A stretch of 64,000 nt of DNA, from positions 43,924,459 to 43,988,458 of the forward strand of contig NC_092395.1 in NCBI RefSeq assembly GCF_030028105.1. Direction: 5' to 3'. Origin of the DNA: Mobula birostris. Lineage: Eukaryota. The stretch's first letter is position 1; each line of letters opens with the position of its first letter. The position numbers and the translations under genes are program-made. This document shows, one piece after another, positions 1 to 14,056 of this stretch. Below the pieces are notes generated by a model that was given only the letters and a program-made list of their open reading frames with translations, was not told the origin of the DNA and ran no database searches.

Positions 1-229
1 TTTGTTCCTATTGCACTCATCTTGCTTGTTTTTGTTTTAATTTCATAGAACTACACTTGGCTTGTTTGACTTTGTTTTACATAAATTAAGAAAGAGTTTG
101 GTTTGATTTGTTATAAAGGATTAAAACTACTTTGTTGAGTTGGAATTCAATTATTTGGAAGCATGTCATAGGGTACTATACTCCCTCATGTAGCATCTCA
201 GAAGCTTACAGTTTGTTTTCAAGTTGTTG

Positions 230-640
230 TGACAATAAGAATGATTCCAGGAATGAAAGGGTTAACAGTTAAGGAGTGCTTGATGGCTCTAACCCTGTAC
301 TTGATAGAGCTTTGAACAAGTAGTGGTGACCTCTTTGAATTCTATGGAATATGCAAAGGACTAAAAAGAGTATTTGCACTGTAGAGGGTGTTTTCTGAAC
401 TGGAGGAGCCAATCACCAGATGGCACAGACTCAGAATAGAGTGACATCCATTGAGAACAGAGCTGAATTGGAATTTGCTTAGCCAGAGATTGATGAATCT
501 GTGGAATCATTGGAACAGAGTGCCGTGGAAGACTACTCATTGGGTATATTTAAAGAAGAGGTGGATAGATTCTTGATTGGTTGGAGCATGAACAGTTACA
601 GGGACAAGTCAGGGTTAATTCTGCTCCAATGTCTTCAGGT
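230..640 (+). mobile_element. Degenerate CR1-type LINE, 3' RT/tail fragment
   Basis: Decayed match to the CR1 ORF2 C-terminal region (...ESLEQSAVEDYSLGIFKEEVDRFLIG...); boundaries approximate. Confidence 0.5.
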
Positions 641-659
641 CATGATCTTATTTTGGCCC

Positions 660-1200
660 ACAATGTTCTGCAAACCTTGTAACTTCACCTTCCAAAGGGA
701 GTCACCTCATGTCTTCTGGGTTGAACTCCATCTGTCACCTCTCAGCCCAGTTCTGCATCCTGTCAATGTCCTATTGCCAACTATGACAAAACTCCAAACT
801 CTCCACAACTTCACTCACCTTTTCGTCATCTGCAATCTTACTAGCCCACCCTTTCACTTCTTGATCCAAGCCATTATAACAATCACAAGGGACAAGGATC
901 CCTGAACAGAACCCTGTGGACCCCCACGGTCACCTACATTCAGGCAAAAAACTCTCCATCTAAAACCAACTTCTGCATACCATGGGCAAGTCAATTCTAT
1001 ATACACATGGCTAGGTTTCCTTGGATCATACACCTCCTGATGTTCTGAATGAGCCGACCATGGAGACCCTTAACAAACGCTTTACTTAACTCCATATATA
1101 TTTTTACTGAAGTCCATCTATACCACATCCATTGATCCATCTTCAACAATATGCTTTGTCACATACTGAAATAATTAATCCAAGCTCACGAGACTTAACT
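660..1200 (-). mobile_element. Degenerate CR1-type LINE, RT core fragment
   Basis: Minus strand gives SKIADDEK (FADDTK-like) and a QGSL-like RT motif; same family as 6350-9560. Confidence 0.55.
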
Positions 1201-1751
1201 TGAGCCTCACAAAGCCATGCAGACTATCCACAATCAGACTATGCTTTTCCAAATGCTGTCTTTAATGCTCATAAATCCTGTCTCCAAGTATCTGAACAAC
1301 TTGCAGAGTTCCCCACATTATACAGCAAAATGCAGAAATGCAGAGACAAAAACTGCTTGCACCCAAATCAAAATAAATAACTTCAATATTCAGAATTTAG
1401 TTTTAGAATACTCATTGACAACTGCAGTTTTTAATTCATTCAGTTTAAATCTTTCCTTTGAAATACAAACTCTGAATGGTTACACAAGCATTGAAGAACA
1501 TCTTCTAGTCAATATTACATGTTGCATTTAAATCCAGTCATTTATAACCATTTATCCTTTATCCTTTTTGTTGTGATCAAATTATTTTTTTAAAGAACTG
1601 GATGACGCATTCTAGGTCCAATCAGAAACAAGAGAAAATCTGCCGATGCTGGAAATCGAAGAAACACACACAAAATGCTGGAGGAACTCAGCTGACCAGG
1701 CGGCATCCATCTCTTATTCCGTCCTGTACACCACTCTTTATCTCTATTTTT

Positions 1752-1825
1752 TCTCTCTCTCCGTCTCTCTCTCTCTCTGTCTCTCTCTCTCTGTCTTTGT
1801 CTCTATGTCTCTGTCTCTCTCCCTC
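1752..1825. repeat. (CT)n/(CTGT)n microsatellite
   Basis: Direct read: ctctctct...gtctctctct...ctgtctct. Confidence 0.9.
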
Positions 1826-3949
1826 CCACAACTCCTCATTTGTTTGGTTCAATCTTTCACAAATTTCTGCAAAATTTTAAAGCTGAATATCATCTTTGAT
1901 TTCAATGGAAAACAAACAAACAAAGCAATGGGGATGAATTCATTGTGACCTATTTAAACAATCAGCCTCAAACAATATTTCTTTCCCCGAGATTTCAGTC
2001 TGTAAATCTGTGGAGTGAAGTGATTCAGACAACTGACATGGCACAATTTGTGAGGCATTTGTTTTTCTGACTGCCGCAGAAGAAAATGATCAGAGATAAT
2101 GTCCCTATAACAGCCAAGTGTCTTAAAGTCACATTGGCTAGAACAGAAACTGATATTTGAGTAAAAGGACTGATGCAAATGTCTTGTCTCAGTTCTGGGA
2201 CATCCCTCACCTTAAAATAACATCGCATTTCCTGTTGAAGCCACAGATGTTTGTTAATTTCACACCCTAAACTACACAAAAGGTCCTTTTTCATTTTTTG
2301 TTTTAAAATTATGAATTTAAAATTATTTGCTTCTCCTATTTGAAGACAGCTTAATAATATTCAGTTTCTCATGCAGTTCTTTCTCACTGGATTAGTTTCT
2401 AGTCTTTCTCCATTCATAGTTTAATCCAAATTGATTCAGTTGATTTGTATGCTGTCAACTGATTGGTGCAGCAACAACTCTCTGGAGCCTTGCCTTGAAA
2501 AAAAATTTTCTGTACTGAAATGAGCGAAGATGACCCCCAATGTCCTTATTTTATTTGAAGTAGTCAATAATCTCACAATATTTTTTTCTATAGATGGGAT
2601 ATAAGCATTCTAGTATTCTACTGTTCATTGGTAACACATTTGAATGTGATAGTCAATGTCATCAATATATCAATACTATTGACAATGTCATTCCCAAGAC
2701 TGTGAGTAGCTTAATTCACAGTTGAAATACTGGAAATAAACACAGTAATTTTGTAAAAAGTGTAATTGTGTTCATTGGCAATTTTGCATCATGTTTCTGT
2801 ATTAAGTCTTTTGCTGACATGACTCTGATGTGAAGGGTATTTTTTGGCTTTCTCACTGGTGAAAAAGTGTCACTAATGGGACTTCTCATGAGTGTCATTC
2901 TGCTCGGGTTGCAAAGGATCTGATACAATAATGGAGTCACAGGGTAAATGTATTGTATCCCACTAACAAAGGGTCACTGAATTTGGGAGCTGTCATTTAA
3001 TTCCAGTGACTCTACAGAACAAAATTAAATGAGGATACTGGGAAATATTAGACAATTATTTACCTTATTAACTACTTCAAATCAAGAAGGGTTTTACTTG
3101 GAATGGAGTTGCCAGGTTTGAGTTCAACCTCAGAATCAGATGTTGAAATTACCGGTACCTAAATAATTCAGAGTCACAGAATGATTACCCGAGGAAATGA
3201 AGCCATTTGGCCTGTTGAGCTCAGAACAGCTTGATGCAAGAATACTCCAGCAAATCCAATCCCTGTGCCCTCTTTCCATAACCCTCCAAATATAGTCAAT
3301 TATATTGTTTCCCCTCTAAGCATGAAAGTGATTCTTTGTTACACCACTGACAGTGCATTCCAGACTCTTACCACCCACTGTGTAAGGAGTTCGATCTTCA
3401 TGTCACTTTTGCCATTCCCTGTCATTACATGTTTTCTAGTTCTTAAATCTCCTCTGATGAGAACAACCTCTCCCTTTCTATTCTGTTTGTCATTCTGTTA
3501 TTTTAAATTCAACTATCAAATATTATCAGCCTTGCCTACCAGGGGAGACTCAGTGACAATGAAGGTCCATCAGTATATTTTCATGTTAGGATGGTGGGTG
3601 ACTTTGAAGTAAACCTGCATGTGATTGTATACTTGGGCACATTCTGCCCTTGTTACCTTGGTAGTAGACTCACACGTTTGGCAAATAATGTTGAAGTAAT
3701 CTGGGAAGGTAACCACAGGACATTTTGTAAATGGATCACACTGCATCCATTGAATGCCAATGGAGGAGGGAATGAATGTGTATGATGACTGGTAAAGAGC
3801 CAATCAATTGGACTGCCTCGTCTTGATCAGGGTTTCGATTTTGGAATGTTGATGGAGCAGTACTCATCTTCACAAGAGGAGAATATTCCATCTTACTCTT
3901 GTCTTGGATCATAGAAATGGTGAAAAGGATTTCTTAAAGCAGGTGAATC

Positions 3950-5210
3950 AGTCTTTGATCTGCTCTTGTTTCAGCAATGATGATGGAGTTGACCTCTTGA
4001 CCCATCATGTGTCCAATCTATCTCCCGTCTCCTCATGAAGATGGTGGCCATGCCCTCCAGATGACACTGAAGGAGTAGGGTGTGGTTGGAGTTCTTTCTT
4101 GGCCTGAACATATGGCGGATCATGCAGAGGCCATACAACGAGGTGGCGATCACTTTCTGTATCTGCTCCTCTCTTCACCCTTACATCCTGCAAGGATCGT
4201 CCCCACGTACCATCAATCGTCAAATAGTCAATCTGGTTCTTGTCATGTCACTAGATGAGCGCCATCTCAGTTTATTGATTCATGGGGTGGAAAGAAGGTC
4301 CTTCCTATGACCAGACTGATTATGACACAGAATTCCACCAGTCTTTCACCATTGCTATTCATCGTTCCACATCCATACGTGCCCATAGCCCAAGTGAAGT
4401 GTGAGTTGTAATTTTAACTTTGGCTTTCAGATCCCCCATGATGATGAGTATGCCATGGCATGGTGTTAACTCTATCTCTAATTACAGCTGTTTCTAGAGG
4501 ACATCTTTTTTCTCAATGTCACTATTGTTAGTTGTTGCATAGCATTGGATCACAGTCACGTTCACTTGCTTTCCTTTCAGCCTGATCTCACCAGCCTTCT
4601 GTTGATTGGTTTCCAGCACAGCAAGCACTTCTCTATGCCTTTCTGCAAAATGACAGCTGCACCAACAAGATGCTGACCGTCTTCCCTTCCTGAGCATGAA
4701 ACCGTTTCACCAGTTGCTGACACTCGTTTGCCAGACCCTGTCCATCTGCATTCATTGATGCCCAGTATATGTAGACTGTAACACTGCATTTCTGAAAATA
4801 TTTCTTCTAGCTTTGCAGTATTGTACATGCTTTGTCAATTCCAAAAAGCAATGTTGGTCTTGGTGATGTTCGGTGTTTCCTTCATCATGCCAGTGGATTC
4901 CTCTCAGTCTTCAGTACTCCCAGATATGGAAGTCACAGGTGGAGATACTGGAATACTGTTGCAAATAGATACAGAATGATTCTTCGTTGCTGTTTCAATA
5001 ACACTTTTCTTGACCAGTCAGGGTTGTAGGCGCTGAGTGGAACACCTGAAACTGGAGGACAGGTAGATCACTCTTAGTCTACCCACTACTCTTTGACCTG
5101 TTTGACATGGATCCCTACCAAGAACCAAAGCACAAAGCCCTGACTCCAGCCAACATAGCTGTCCAGGTCATTGAGGCAAACACACCTCTAAATCCGACAA
5201 CCTGTTGAGT
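3950..5210 (-). mobile_element. Internally deleted RTE-clade LINE (APE endonuclease plus 3' end)
   Basis: ORFs MYNTAKLEEIFSEMQCYSLHILGINECRWTGSG..., VTVIQCYATTN and VRVKRGADTESDRHLV are typical RTE APE motifs; most of the RT is missing. Confidence 0.7.
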
Positions 5211-5759
5211 ACCTTATGCATTTTGTTTGTGTGTCACTCAAGCAAAGTTTTGGTCTTTTTAGAACACTTTTCTCACCTTAGACCTTTAAAAAGTTAAGTT
5301 GAAATGTTTAGAACATCAGAAACCCTTACAGCTCAATAACATTGTTGAATAAGGTTCTAAAGTGTAGGTATACTGTTCATGTATTGTGGAGCTTCTTGTA
5401 CTTTCCCATAATCTCTCTTCTGCTCTGGAACTATTAAGATCTCCTGCTTTTTTTTCTTTGCAACTTTTATCCTCGCACACTGTTTTTTTTTATGTGTTTT
5501 CTTTCCCTCCTTCCTCTTGAAACTTCCCATGAGGACACTGGACCCAACTCTGGTTCCTCCGTCCGGCCTAGGCTGATACATCTTTCGATGCTCTGCACCC
5601 AATCACCCACAGGTCTACGGCCTCCTTCCGCACTATTTATTCAGACAAGTATTTTGATCCATTTTCCTGCATTTTTGAAAACCATAGAGTAAGGCAAAGG
5701 AAGTAATTCCTGGATTACAACCACTATGTTATGCTTCCTACACTTTCCTTCAGATCCAT

Positions 5760-6345
5760 GAGACCATAGAACATAAGATATAGGAGCAGAATTAGGCCAT
5801 TTGGCCCATCAAGTCCACCCTGCCATTTCCTTGTGGCTGATCCAACTTCGCTCTCTGCTCAATCTCCTGCTCTTTCTCCGTATATCCTTCATACCCTCAC
5901 TGATCAGGTATCTATCAACTTATGTCTTAAATATACATAAAGACGTCCTCCACAGATTGTAAAGAATTCCACAGATTCCCCAAACTCTGGCTAAAGAAAT
6001 TCCTTCTTATCTCCATGCTAAAAGGGTACCCTTCTATTCTGAGGCTGTGTCCTCTGGTCTTTGACTCTCATATCCACTCCATCAAGGCCTTTCATCATTC
6101 AATAGATTTCAATCAGGTCACCCCTCATTCTTCAGGATTCCTGTGAATGCAAGGCCCAGAGCCATTAAATCCTCTGCATATTACCTGATAACATTTTTGT
6201 GAAACTCCTTCGAATCTTCTCCAATTGCAACGCATCCTTTTTAGATAAGGGGCCCCAAACTGCTCACAATACACTAAGTGAGGATGCACCAGTGCTTTAT
6301 AAAGTATCAACATTGCATCCTTGCTTTTAGATTGTAGTCCTCTTG
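5760..6345 (-). mobile_element. CR1 LINE 3' end
   Basis: LYKALVHPHLVYCEQFGAPYL (CR1 RT C-terminus) followed by the CR1 3' tail. Confidence 0.7.
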
Positions 6346-6349
6346 AAAC

Positions 6350-9300
6350 AGAAACACAGAAACATAGAAAACCTACAGCACAATACAGACCATTCGACCC
6401 ACAAAGTTGTGCCAAACATGTTCCAACATTAGAAATTACTAGGTTTACATACAGCCCTCTGTTTTGCTAAGCTCCATGTACTTATCCAGAAGTCTCTTAA
6501 AAGACCCTATCGTATCCACCTCCACCACTGTTGCCGGCATCCCATTCCACGCACTCACCACTCTTTACATAAAAAAACTTACCCCTGACATCTCCGACGT
6601 ACCTACTCCCCAGCACCTTAAAACTGTGCCCTCTTGTGGCAACCATTTCAGTTCTGAAGAAAAGCTTCTGACTATCCACACGATCAATGCCTCTCATCAT
6701 CTTATACACGTCTATTAGGTCACCTCTCATCCTGCGTTGTTCCAAGGAGAAAAGGATGAGTTCACTCAACCTATTCTCATAAGGCATGCTCCCCAATCCA
6801 GGCAACATCCTTGTAAATCTCCTCTGCACCCTTTCTCTGGCTTCCACATCCTTCCTGTAGTGAGGCGACCAGAACTGAGCACCGTACTCCAAATGTGGTC
6901 TGACCAGGGTCCTATATAGCTGCAACATTACCTCTCGGCTCCTAAATTCAATTTTCCGATTAATGAAGACCAATACAGCGTATGCCTTCTCAACCACAAA
7001 GTCAACCGGCGCAGCTGCTTTAAGCGTCCTATGGACTCAGACTCAACAATGGGTCCCTCTGATCCTCCACGCTACCAAGAGTCTTACCATTAATGCTATA
7101 TCTGCCATCACATTTGACAAACCAAACTGAACCACTTCACACTTATCTGTGTTGAACTCCATCTGTCACTTCTCAGCCCAGTTTTGCATCCTATCAATGT
7201 CCTGCTGTCAACTCTGACAGCCCTCCAAGCTATCCACAACACCTCCAACTTTTGTGCCTTCAGCAAACTGACTAACAGATTGATCCACCTCTTCATCCAG
7301 GTCATTTATAAAAATCGCGAAGAGTAAGGATTCCAGAACAGATCCCTGAGACACGCCACTGGTCACTGACCTCCATGCAGAATATGACCCGTCTACAACC
7401 ACACTTTGCCTTCTGTGGGCAAGCCAGTTCTAGATTCACAAAGCAATGTCCCCTTGGATCCCATGCCTCCTCACTTTCTCAATTCGCCTTGCATGGGGTA
7501 CCTTATCAAATGTCTTTCTGAAGTCTATATACACTATATCTACTGTTCTTCTTTCATCAATGTGTTTAGTCACATCCTCAAAAAATCAATTAGGCTCGCA
7601 AGGGCAGGTCGTACCAAGCTGACTATTCCTAATCATATTATACCTCTCGAAATGTTCAGAAATCCTGCCTCTCAGGATTTTCTCCATCAACATACCAAAC
7701 ACTGAAGAAAGACTCAGTGGTCTATAATTTCTTGGGCTATCACCACTCCCTTTCTTGAATAAAGGAACAACCTGTGAAACCCTACAACCCTCCGGAACTT
7801 CTCCCATCCCCATCGATGATTCAAAGATCATCGCCAGAGGCTCAGCAATTGCCTCTCACAGTAGCCTGGGGTACATTTCATCCGGTCCTGGCGACTTATT
7901 CAACTTGATAAATTCCAAAAGCTCCAGCACATTCTCTTTCTTAGTACGTACATTCTGAAGTTTTTCAGTCTGCTGCAAGTCATCACTATCCTGAAGTATT
8001 CATTAAGTACCCCTACTATTTCCTCTGGTTCCATACACAGTTTCCCACTGTCACACTCTATAGGTCCTGTTCTTTCATGTCTCATCCTCTTGTTCTTCAT
8101 ATACTTGTAGAATGCCTTGGGGTTTTCCTTAATCCTACCCACCAAGGCCTTCTCCTGGCCCAATCTGGCTCTCCAAATTTCCTTTTTAAGCTCCTTCTTG
8201 TTAGCCTTGTAACCTTCTGGATCTCTAACATTACCTAGCTCTCTGAACCATTTGTAAGCTGTTCTTTTCTTCTTGACTAGATTTATTACAGTCTTTGAAC
8301 ACCACTGTTCCTGTACCCTACCATGATCTCCCTGTCTCATTGGAACGTACCTGTGCAGAACTCCACACAAATATCCCCTGAACATTTGTCACATTTCTTC
8401 TGTACTTTCACCGGAGAACATTGGTTCCTGATAAAGCTTCAAATTTCCTGCCTGATAGCCTCATAATTCCCCTTACTCCAATTAAACACTTTTCTAACTT
8501 GTCTGTTCCTACCTCTCTCCGATCCTATTGTAAAAGAGACAGAATTATGATCTCTATCTCCAAAATGCTCTCCCACTGAGGGATCTGACACCTGACCAGG
8601 TTCCTTTCCCAACACCAAATCAAGTTCATTCTCCCCTCTTCTAGGAAACCTTCCTGAACACACCTAACAAACTCCACCCCGTCCAATTCGCTTGCTCTAG
8701 GGAAATGCCAATCGATATTTGGGAAATTAAAATCTCCCATCACGACAGCATTGTTATTATTACACCTTTCCAGGATCTGTTTCCCTCACTGCTCCTCAAT
8801 ATCTCTGTTACTATCGGGTGGCCTATAAAAACACCAAGTTATTTACCCCTGCCTTTTCCTAACCTCCACCCACAGAGACTCTGTAGACAATCCCTAAATG
8901 ACCTTTACCTTTTCTTCAGCGGTGACACCATCTCTGATCAACAGTGCCACGCCCCACCTCTTTTGATTCCCTCCCTATCCTTTCTGAAACATCTAAAACC
9001 CGGCACTTGAAGTAACCATTCCTGTCCCTGAGCCATCCGAAGTCTCTCTAATAGTGACCACATCATAGCTCCAAGTACTGATCCACGCTCTAAGCTCATC
9101 CGCTTTGTTCACAATACTCCTTATGTTAATATAGACATATCTCAAACCGTCCGTCTGAGCGCATCCCTTCCCTATCACCTGCTTATCCTGCCTCTCGCAC
9201 TGTCAACAAGCTTTCTCTATTTGTGAGCCAACCGCCTCTTCCCCAGTCTCTTCAGTTGGGTTCCCACCCCCTAACAATTCTAGTTTAAACTCTCGCAGTA

Positions 9301-9560
9301 GCCTTAGCAAAACACACTGCCAGGATATTTGTCCCGTTGGGATTCAAGTGCAACCCATCTTTTTGTACAGGTCACTCCTGCCCCCAAAGAAGTTCCAGTG
9401 ATCCAGAAATCTGAATTCCTGCCCCCTGCTCCAATCCCTCCGCCACTGCAGGATATCGTGGACACGATCTAAATCATACCGGACCCTGGCACCTGGGAGG
9501 CAAACTACCAAACGAGTTTCTTTCCTGCATCTACAGAATCGATTGTCTGACCACTACTGC
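6350..9560 (-). mobile_element. Long CR1 LINE copy (ORF1 esterase C-terminus, APE, RT, 3' tail), disrupted
   Basis: YVYINIRSIVNKADELRAWI (APE), MMGDFNFPNIDW, NYRPLSLSSVFG, SGVSQGSVL, QFAEGTKVGG, LYRTLVRPHLEYGAQFWSPHYRKD; (ttctatgt)-type tail at ~6350-6375; multiple stops and frameshifts. Confidence 0.9.
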
Positions 9561-9569
9561 CTTCCTCTT

Positions 9570-11280
9570 CCTTTCCCTGCATGTTACTTATTGTCGAGAG
9601 GTACAGCCACAGAGTGTAATGAATGCCAGCATTAACTTGCCTTCTTCACCAAAGATGCAACCTGTAAATTAACCTTTAGGGAGTCTTGCTCAATGAGTCC
9701 CAAGTCCCTTTCCAGCTCAGTATTTTTCGTATTTTTTCTTCGTTTAGAAAGTAGTCAACCATTTCATTTTTTCTACGATAATGCAGGACCATATAATTCC
9801 ACCTGCCATTTATTTAGCTATTCTCAGAATCAGTGCAAGTCCTCCTGCAGTTTCCGTATTTGCCCAAATCTCCATGCCCCTCAATCTATCTTCATACTCT
9901 CTACAAATTTTGCAACAACACCATCAATTCCATCAGACAAATTATTGACATATATCGTAAAAAGAATCAATCCCAAAAGAGATCCCTGAGGAACACATCT
10001 AGTCCAGAGTAGCCAGCCAGAAAAGGCTTCCTTTAGTGCCACGTTTGCCTCCTGCCAACCAGCCACTGCTTTATCCACGTTGGCATCTTTCCTGCAATAC
10101 CATGGCCTCACAGCTTGTTAAGAGTTTCATGTGAGACTCCTTGTATAAGGCGTTCTGAAAATCAAAGCACACAACATCAAAGACACGTCATTGTCTATCC
10201 TAATTGTTATTTCTTCAATGAATTCCAACTGATTTGTCAGGCAAGATTTTCCCTTGATGATCGCATTCTCACTACAACCTGTTTTATCATGTGCCTACAG
10301 GTAGCCTGAAACCACTTCCTTAACAATTGACTCCAACCATCTTCCCAACCACTGAGGTGAGACTAAGTGGCCTATAATTTCTCTACTTCTGCATTACTTT
10401 CTTCTTGAAGAGCAGAGTGACATTGCTGCTCAGCTGTCATTCCTGCCAGTGTTTTTTTTAAATTAAATCTGGTATACTCCTGTCTCATTCCTCTGTAATT
10501 CCTTTTACTCCATTGTAATACTGACATATCTGACATTAGCTTCTTCTTTTCAAATTTCAGGGTGAATTTTATCATATTATTATCATTTTCCCTTCAGATT
10601 TTTTTTTTAACTTTTATCTGTCTAATCAATTCTTGTTCACTGCACAACACCCAATCCAAAATAACGGATTCTATAGTGGGGTTAACCTCGAGCTGCTCTG
10701 AAAAGCCATCTTGTAGGCACTCTAGAAATTCTCCCTCCTAGAATCCAGCACCAACCTAATTTTCCCAATATACCTTCATACTAAAATTCCCCATGACTAT
10801 TGTCACATTTCCCTTTTGCATGCATTTTCTATCTCCCATTATAATTTGTAAGCCACATCCTTACTACTGTTTGGGGTTCTGTATACAACTCCTGTCAGAG
10901 TCTTTTAATCCTTACAGTTTTTTAGGTCTTTCCACAATGGTTCAATACCTTCTGACCCCATGTCATCTCTTGCTGATGATTTGATTCAATTTTTTAACCA
11001 ATAATCAATGCCACCCCCTTTGACTTCCCACCTGTCCTTTTGATACAATGTGTATCCTTGGACATTAAGCTCTCAGCTGTAATCTTTTCTCAGACATAAT
11101 TCAGTGATTCCTACAACATCATCCCTGCCAAACTGCATCTGTGCTGCAGGTTTTCCTACCTTAATCTGCATTCAAATACAACACCTTCAGTCCTGTATTC
11201 GCCCTTTTCGATTCGGGCTGTCTTTTTTGTTGTAACTCATTCTTTTGATAGCATTTTCCCCATCAACACCTTCTCACTAC
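9570..11280 (-). mobile_element. Second CR1 subfamily copy (APE to RT fragments)
   Basis: VPQGSLLGLILFTIYVNNL...VAKFVESMKI and WSKRNYRGMRQE motifs. Confidence 0.8.
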
Positions 11281-11390
11281 ACTGTAAGGATTAAAAGACT
11301 CTGACAGGAGTTGTATACAGAACCCCAAACAGTAGTAAGGATGTGGCTTACAAATTATAATGGGAGATAGAAAATGCATGCAAAAGGGAA
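10809..11390. repeat. Perfect 110-bp inverted repeat (arms 10809-10918 and 11281-11390, 362-bp spacer)
   Basis: Reverse complement of 11281-11390 matched 10809-10918 with no mismatch when compared block by block. Confidence 0.95.
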
Positions 11391-12519
11391 CCTGTATGTA
11401 AACCTGTTACCTCATCTCGAACACTATTGTCCATCTTTCCTATGATACCTCTTGCACTGAAATGTCTGCAGCTTAGAACACCAGTTGCATCATGCTGAAC
11501 ATTTTGATTCCAAGCTTTGGCTGAGGTCTTACCAATATCTGCTTCCACAACCTCTCCACTATCTGTTCTGGTTCTCTGGTTGCCATCTGACTGACCTCAA
11601 TTCTGACTGTATTCAGTCATAAAGCATGGAAAGAGGCTCTTCAGCGTACTGTACCTGTGCTGTCCATCAAACACCGATTAAGATCAACCCTGCACCAATC
11701 CCTTTCCATTCTCTTCATATTCCTTTCAAATCCTGACATTCACCTGCAAACCTGGGCCATTTTACACCGGCCAATTCCACCACAAAGTCAAATAACTTGG
11801 AAATGTTCGAAGAGATTGGGACCACTTCATTCTCCCCATCTAGGATTTTCCAGTGAAATCCTTGAGAAGAGTTTAGTGACCGGGACACCATAGAGTCAAC
11901 ATACCTGCCCTGAATCATGTCATGCCACAGTAAACTCAAGTGCACACTAACTTTAAGAATCTTCTGTCTTGTTCCGCTGCAAATCATTCTACTCTCTCCT
12001 TATACAACAGTCCCACTTGAACAGCGGACACAGTGGAGCACATGTTAATCCTCCAGCCCAGCAGAAAACTCTCCCAGTCAGTACTCTGAACATCATACAT
12101 TGAGGGAGCAGTGTTTTCTCGGCTGTATGGCAGTCCCGACTGTCTGCATGCACATTTGCTGCAGGATGAGCAGCACTAGAAACCTGCTGTACACGAAACA
12201 TTTAGCCTTGGGCAAGAACTATTGTTGCTCGAACTCCAATCACGAGAGACCGAGCCTCTCCAGCTGACAACACCGCCTTTTCCTTTTATCAGACTATCTT
12301 AAAGAACAGGTGAAGACTACACTCAAAACAAAATTACTATGCGATGACTTGTTGCCTGAATCCTTCCTCCCCAAACCCACCTACCCAAAAAAGCTGTTGA
12401 TTGCCCTGGATATTTGTTGATCACACGTGCGTATGTGAACTCAATGGGACCCTTCACCCGAGTGTATCATGTGGCATTGGAGACCGACATAGACGGGTAA
12501 AAATATTTATTTGTTTATT

Positions 12520-12790
12520 CAGAGCGACAAAGGAACAGGCCCTTCCGACCCAACCAGCCGCACAACCACCTTATTTAACACTAGCCTTATCACAAGAACA
12601 TTTGTAATGTCCAGTTATCCTTCTAACCTGTGCGTGTTTGGAATGTGGGAGGAAACCGTAACACCCGAAGGAAACGTTCGCACTCACGAAGAGAACATAC
12701 AAACTCCTTACAACCAATGCCAGTATTAATCGACTTACACAAGATCGCCCCAAGCTGTAATTGCATTGCACAAACCACTACACTACCATG
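12520..12790 (-). mobile_element. tRNA-derived SINE (V-SINE/HE1-like)
   Basis: Minus-strand head with an A-box-like TGGTAGTGTAGTGG; plus strand shows the tgtgggaggaaacc...acatacaaactcc core recalled from elasmobranch V-SINEs. Confidence 0.5.
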
Positions 12791-13669
12791 ACGCCGATGA
12801 TAAAAGGCTGTCTCTCCCAAAGGGTTAATAAGCCTGCCTGTGTTTCGGGTCGCTGTGTGTGTGTAGCAATACCGGAGGATCCACCGTGGAGTTCTTCCCG
12901 CTGTCTGCTTGTACCAATGTACACAATAGCTTTTTGCATCTTATTGTTACTCAGTTCAGATTTCATCCCCATATTTGGACAGAATTCAATCCCTCGAACA
13001 GTCAGGGTGGATTCGAGCTCACTATCTGAATGACTTGTGTGGAATTAAGAAGTCTGTACTGTCCGCTCCGTTGTTCTGAAGTTGTGAAGGACATCACTAT
13101 ACGAGGGATAGAAAGTGTTAAGAACTGAATCAGAGAAATAAGGGGAGAAGATTATTTTTTATTTCAAAACCACGGAAGAAAATGTGCAACATTCACAACT
13201 ATAGTTATGATATTCAGTGAGGTAAACTTTAAAAAGCAGACACAAATATGGCACAATATCCACTCATGTGGCTTCCTACGTCGATTCCCCTTTAATTGAT
13301 CAAGAAAATTTCCAGCTTATGCAGTCTTAACTTAGGCTGCACCGAGCTACAACGCACGTAACTGCCGGACTATGCAGTCGGCAGCGACCATCAGTCTTCC
13401 ACCGAGCTTCCAGCAGCACTTCGTGCGTGTCGGCAGCCTATAGATCAGAGGATTGTCTGTTACACATTTGCTGGGGATAAAAAAAAGAGGACACTGACCC
13501 TTGTATCTGCCTTCTTCTGTGCAAATATGGCAGATATGAGACACAGAACAATCTGTTCGTACACTTTTGTTTTATCAACTGATCTGCTCTTTGCCGCCAG
13601 TGACACCGCCTCATCCTGATGGTGTGAGACGGTGAATTGGAAGGTTTCAAATACTTTGCTCTAGTTGAT

Positions 13670-13910
13670 CAGAAACAAGAGAAAATTGGCAGATGCTGGA
13701 AATCCGAGCACCACACACAAAATACTGGAGGAACTCAGCAGGAATGGCAGCATCTTGGGAAAGAGTGAATAGAGATTGAAAGCGTGAATCCGGCGTAGGA
13801 TAGAGAAGCGCACAAATATTACCAAAGGGTTTCGGCCCGAAACGGCGATGGTACTCTTTTGCTAGATGTTGCTTGGCCTGCTGAGTTCCTCTAGAATTTA
13901 GTGTGTGTTG
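13670..13910. mobile_element. Penelope-like terminal-repeat remnant with inverted arms
   Basis: acacacaaaatactggaggaactcagcagg (from 13712) and its imperfect inverse ending at 13907; the same motif recurs at ~1650, ~42540, ~47350 and ~63255. Confidence 0.6.
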
Positions 13911-13936
13911 CTCTGGTTGGTCAGTGTGAGTCTCCC

Positions 13937-13946
13937 TGATTTGCAT
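13937..13946 (+). promoter_or_regulatory. Ig light-chain promoter decamer/octamer (TGATTTGCAT)
   Basis: ATTTGCAT at 13939-13946 in light-chain orientation, TATAA-like at 13974-13978, leader ATG at 14057. Confidence 0.88.
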
Positions 13947-14056
13947 GCGTTTCCTCCCCGGTATGAATGGCTCTATAACTGGGTACATCGGAGACGGCGG
14001 CCGCAGTCTGTCACAGATCCATCGGCTGAAGGGACGTAGGAAGCTGATGGACAGCA

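Noticed and set aside
2716-2940. 74-aa minus-strand ORF as a host exon
   Set aside because: No recognisable motif or convincing splice context.
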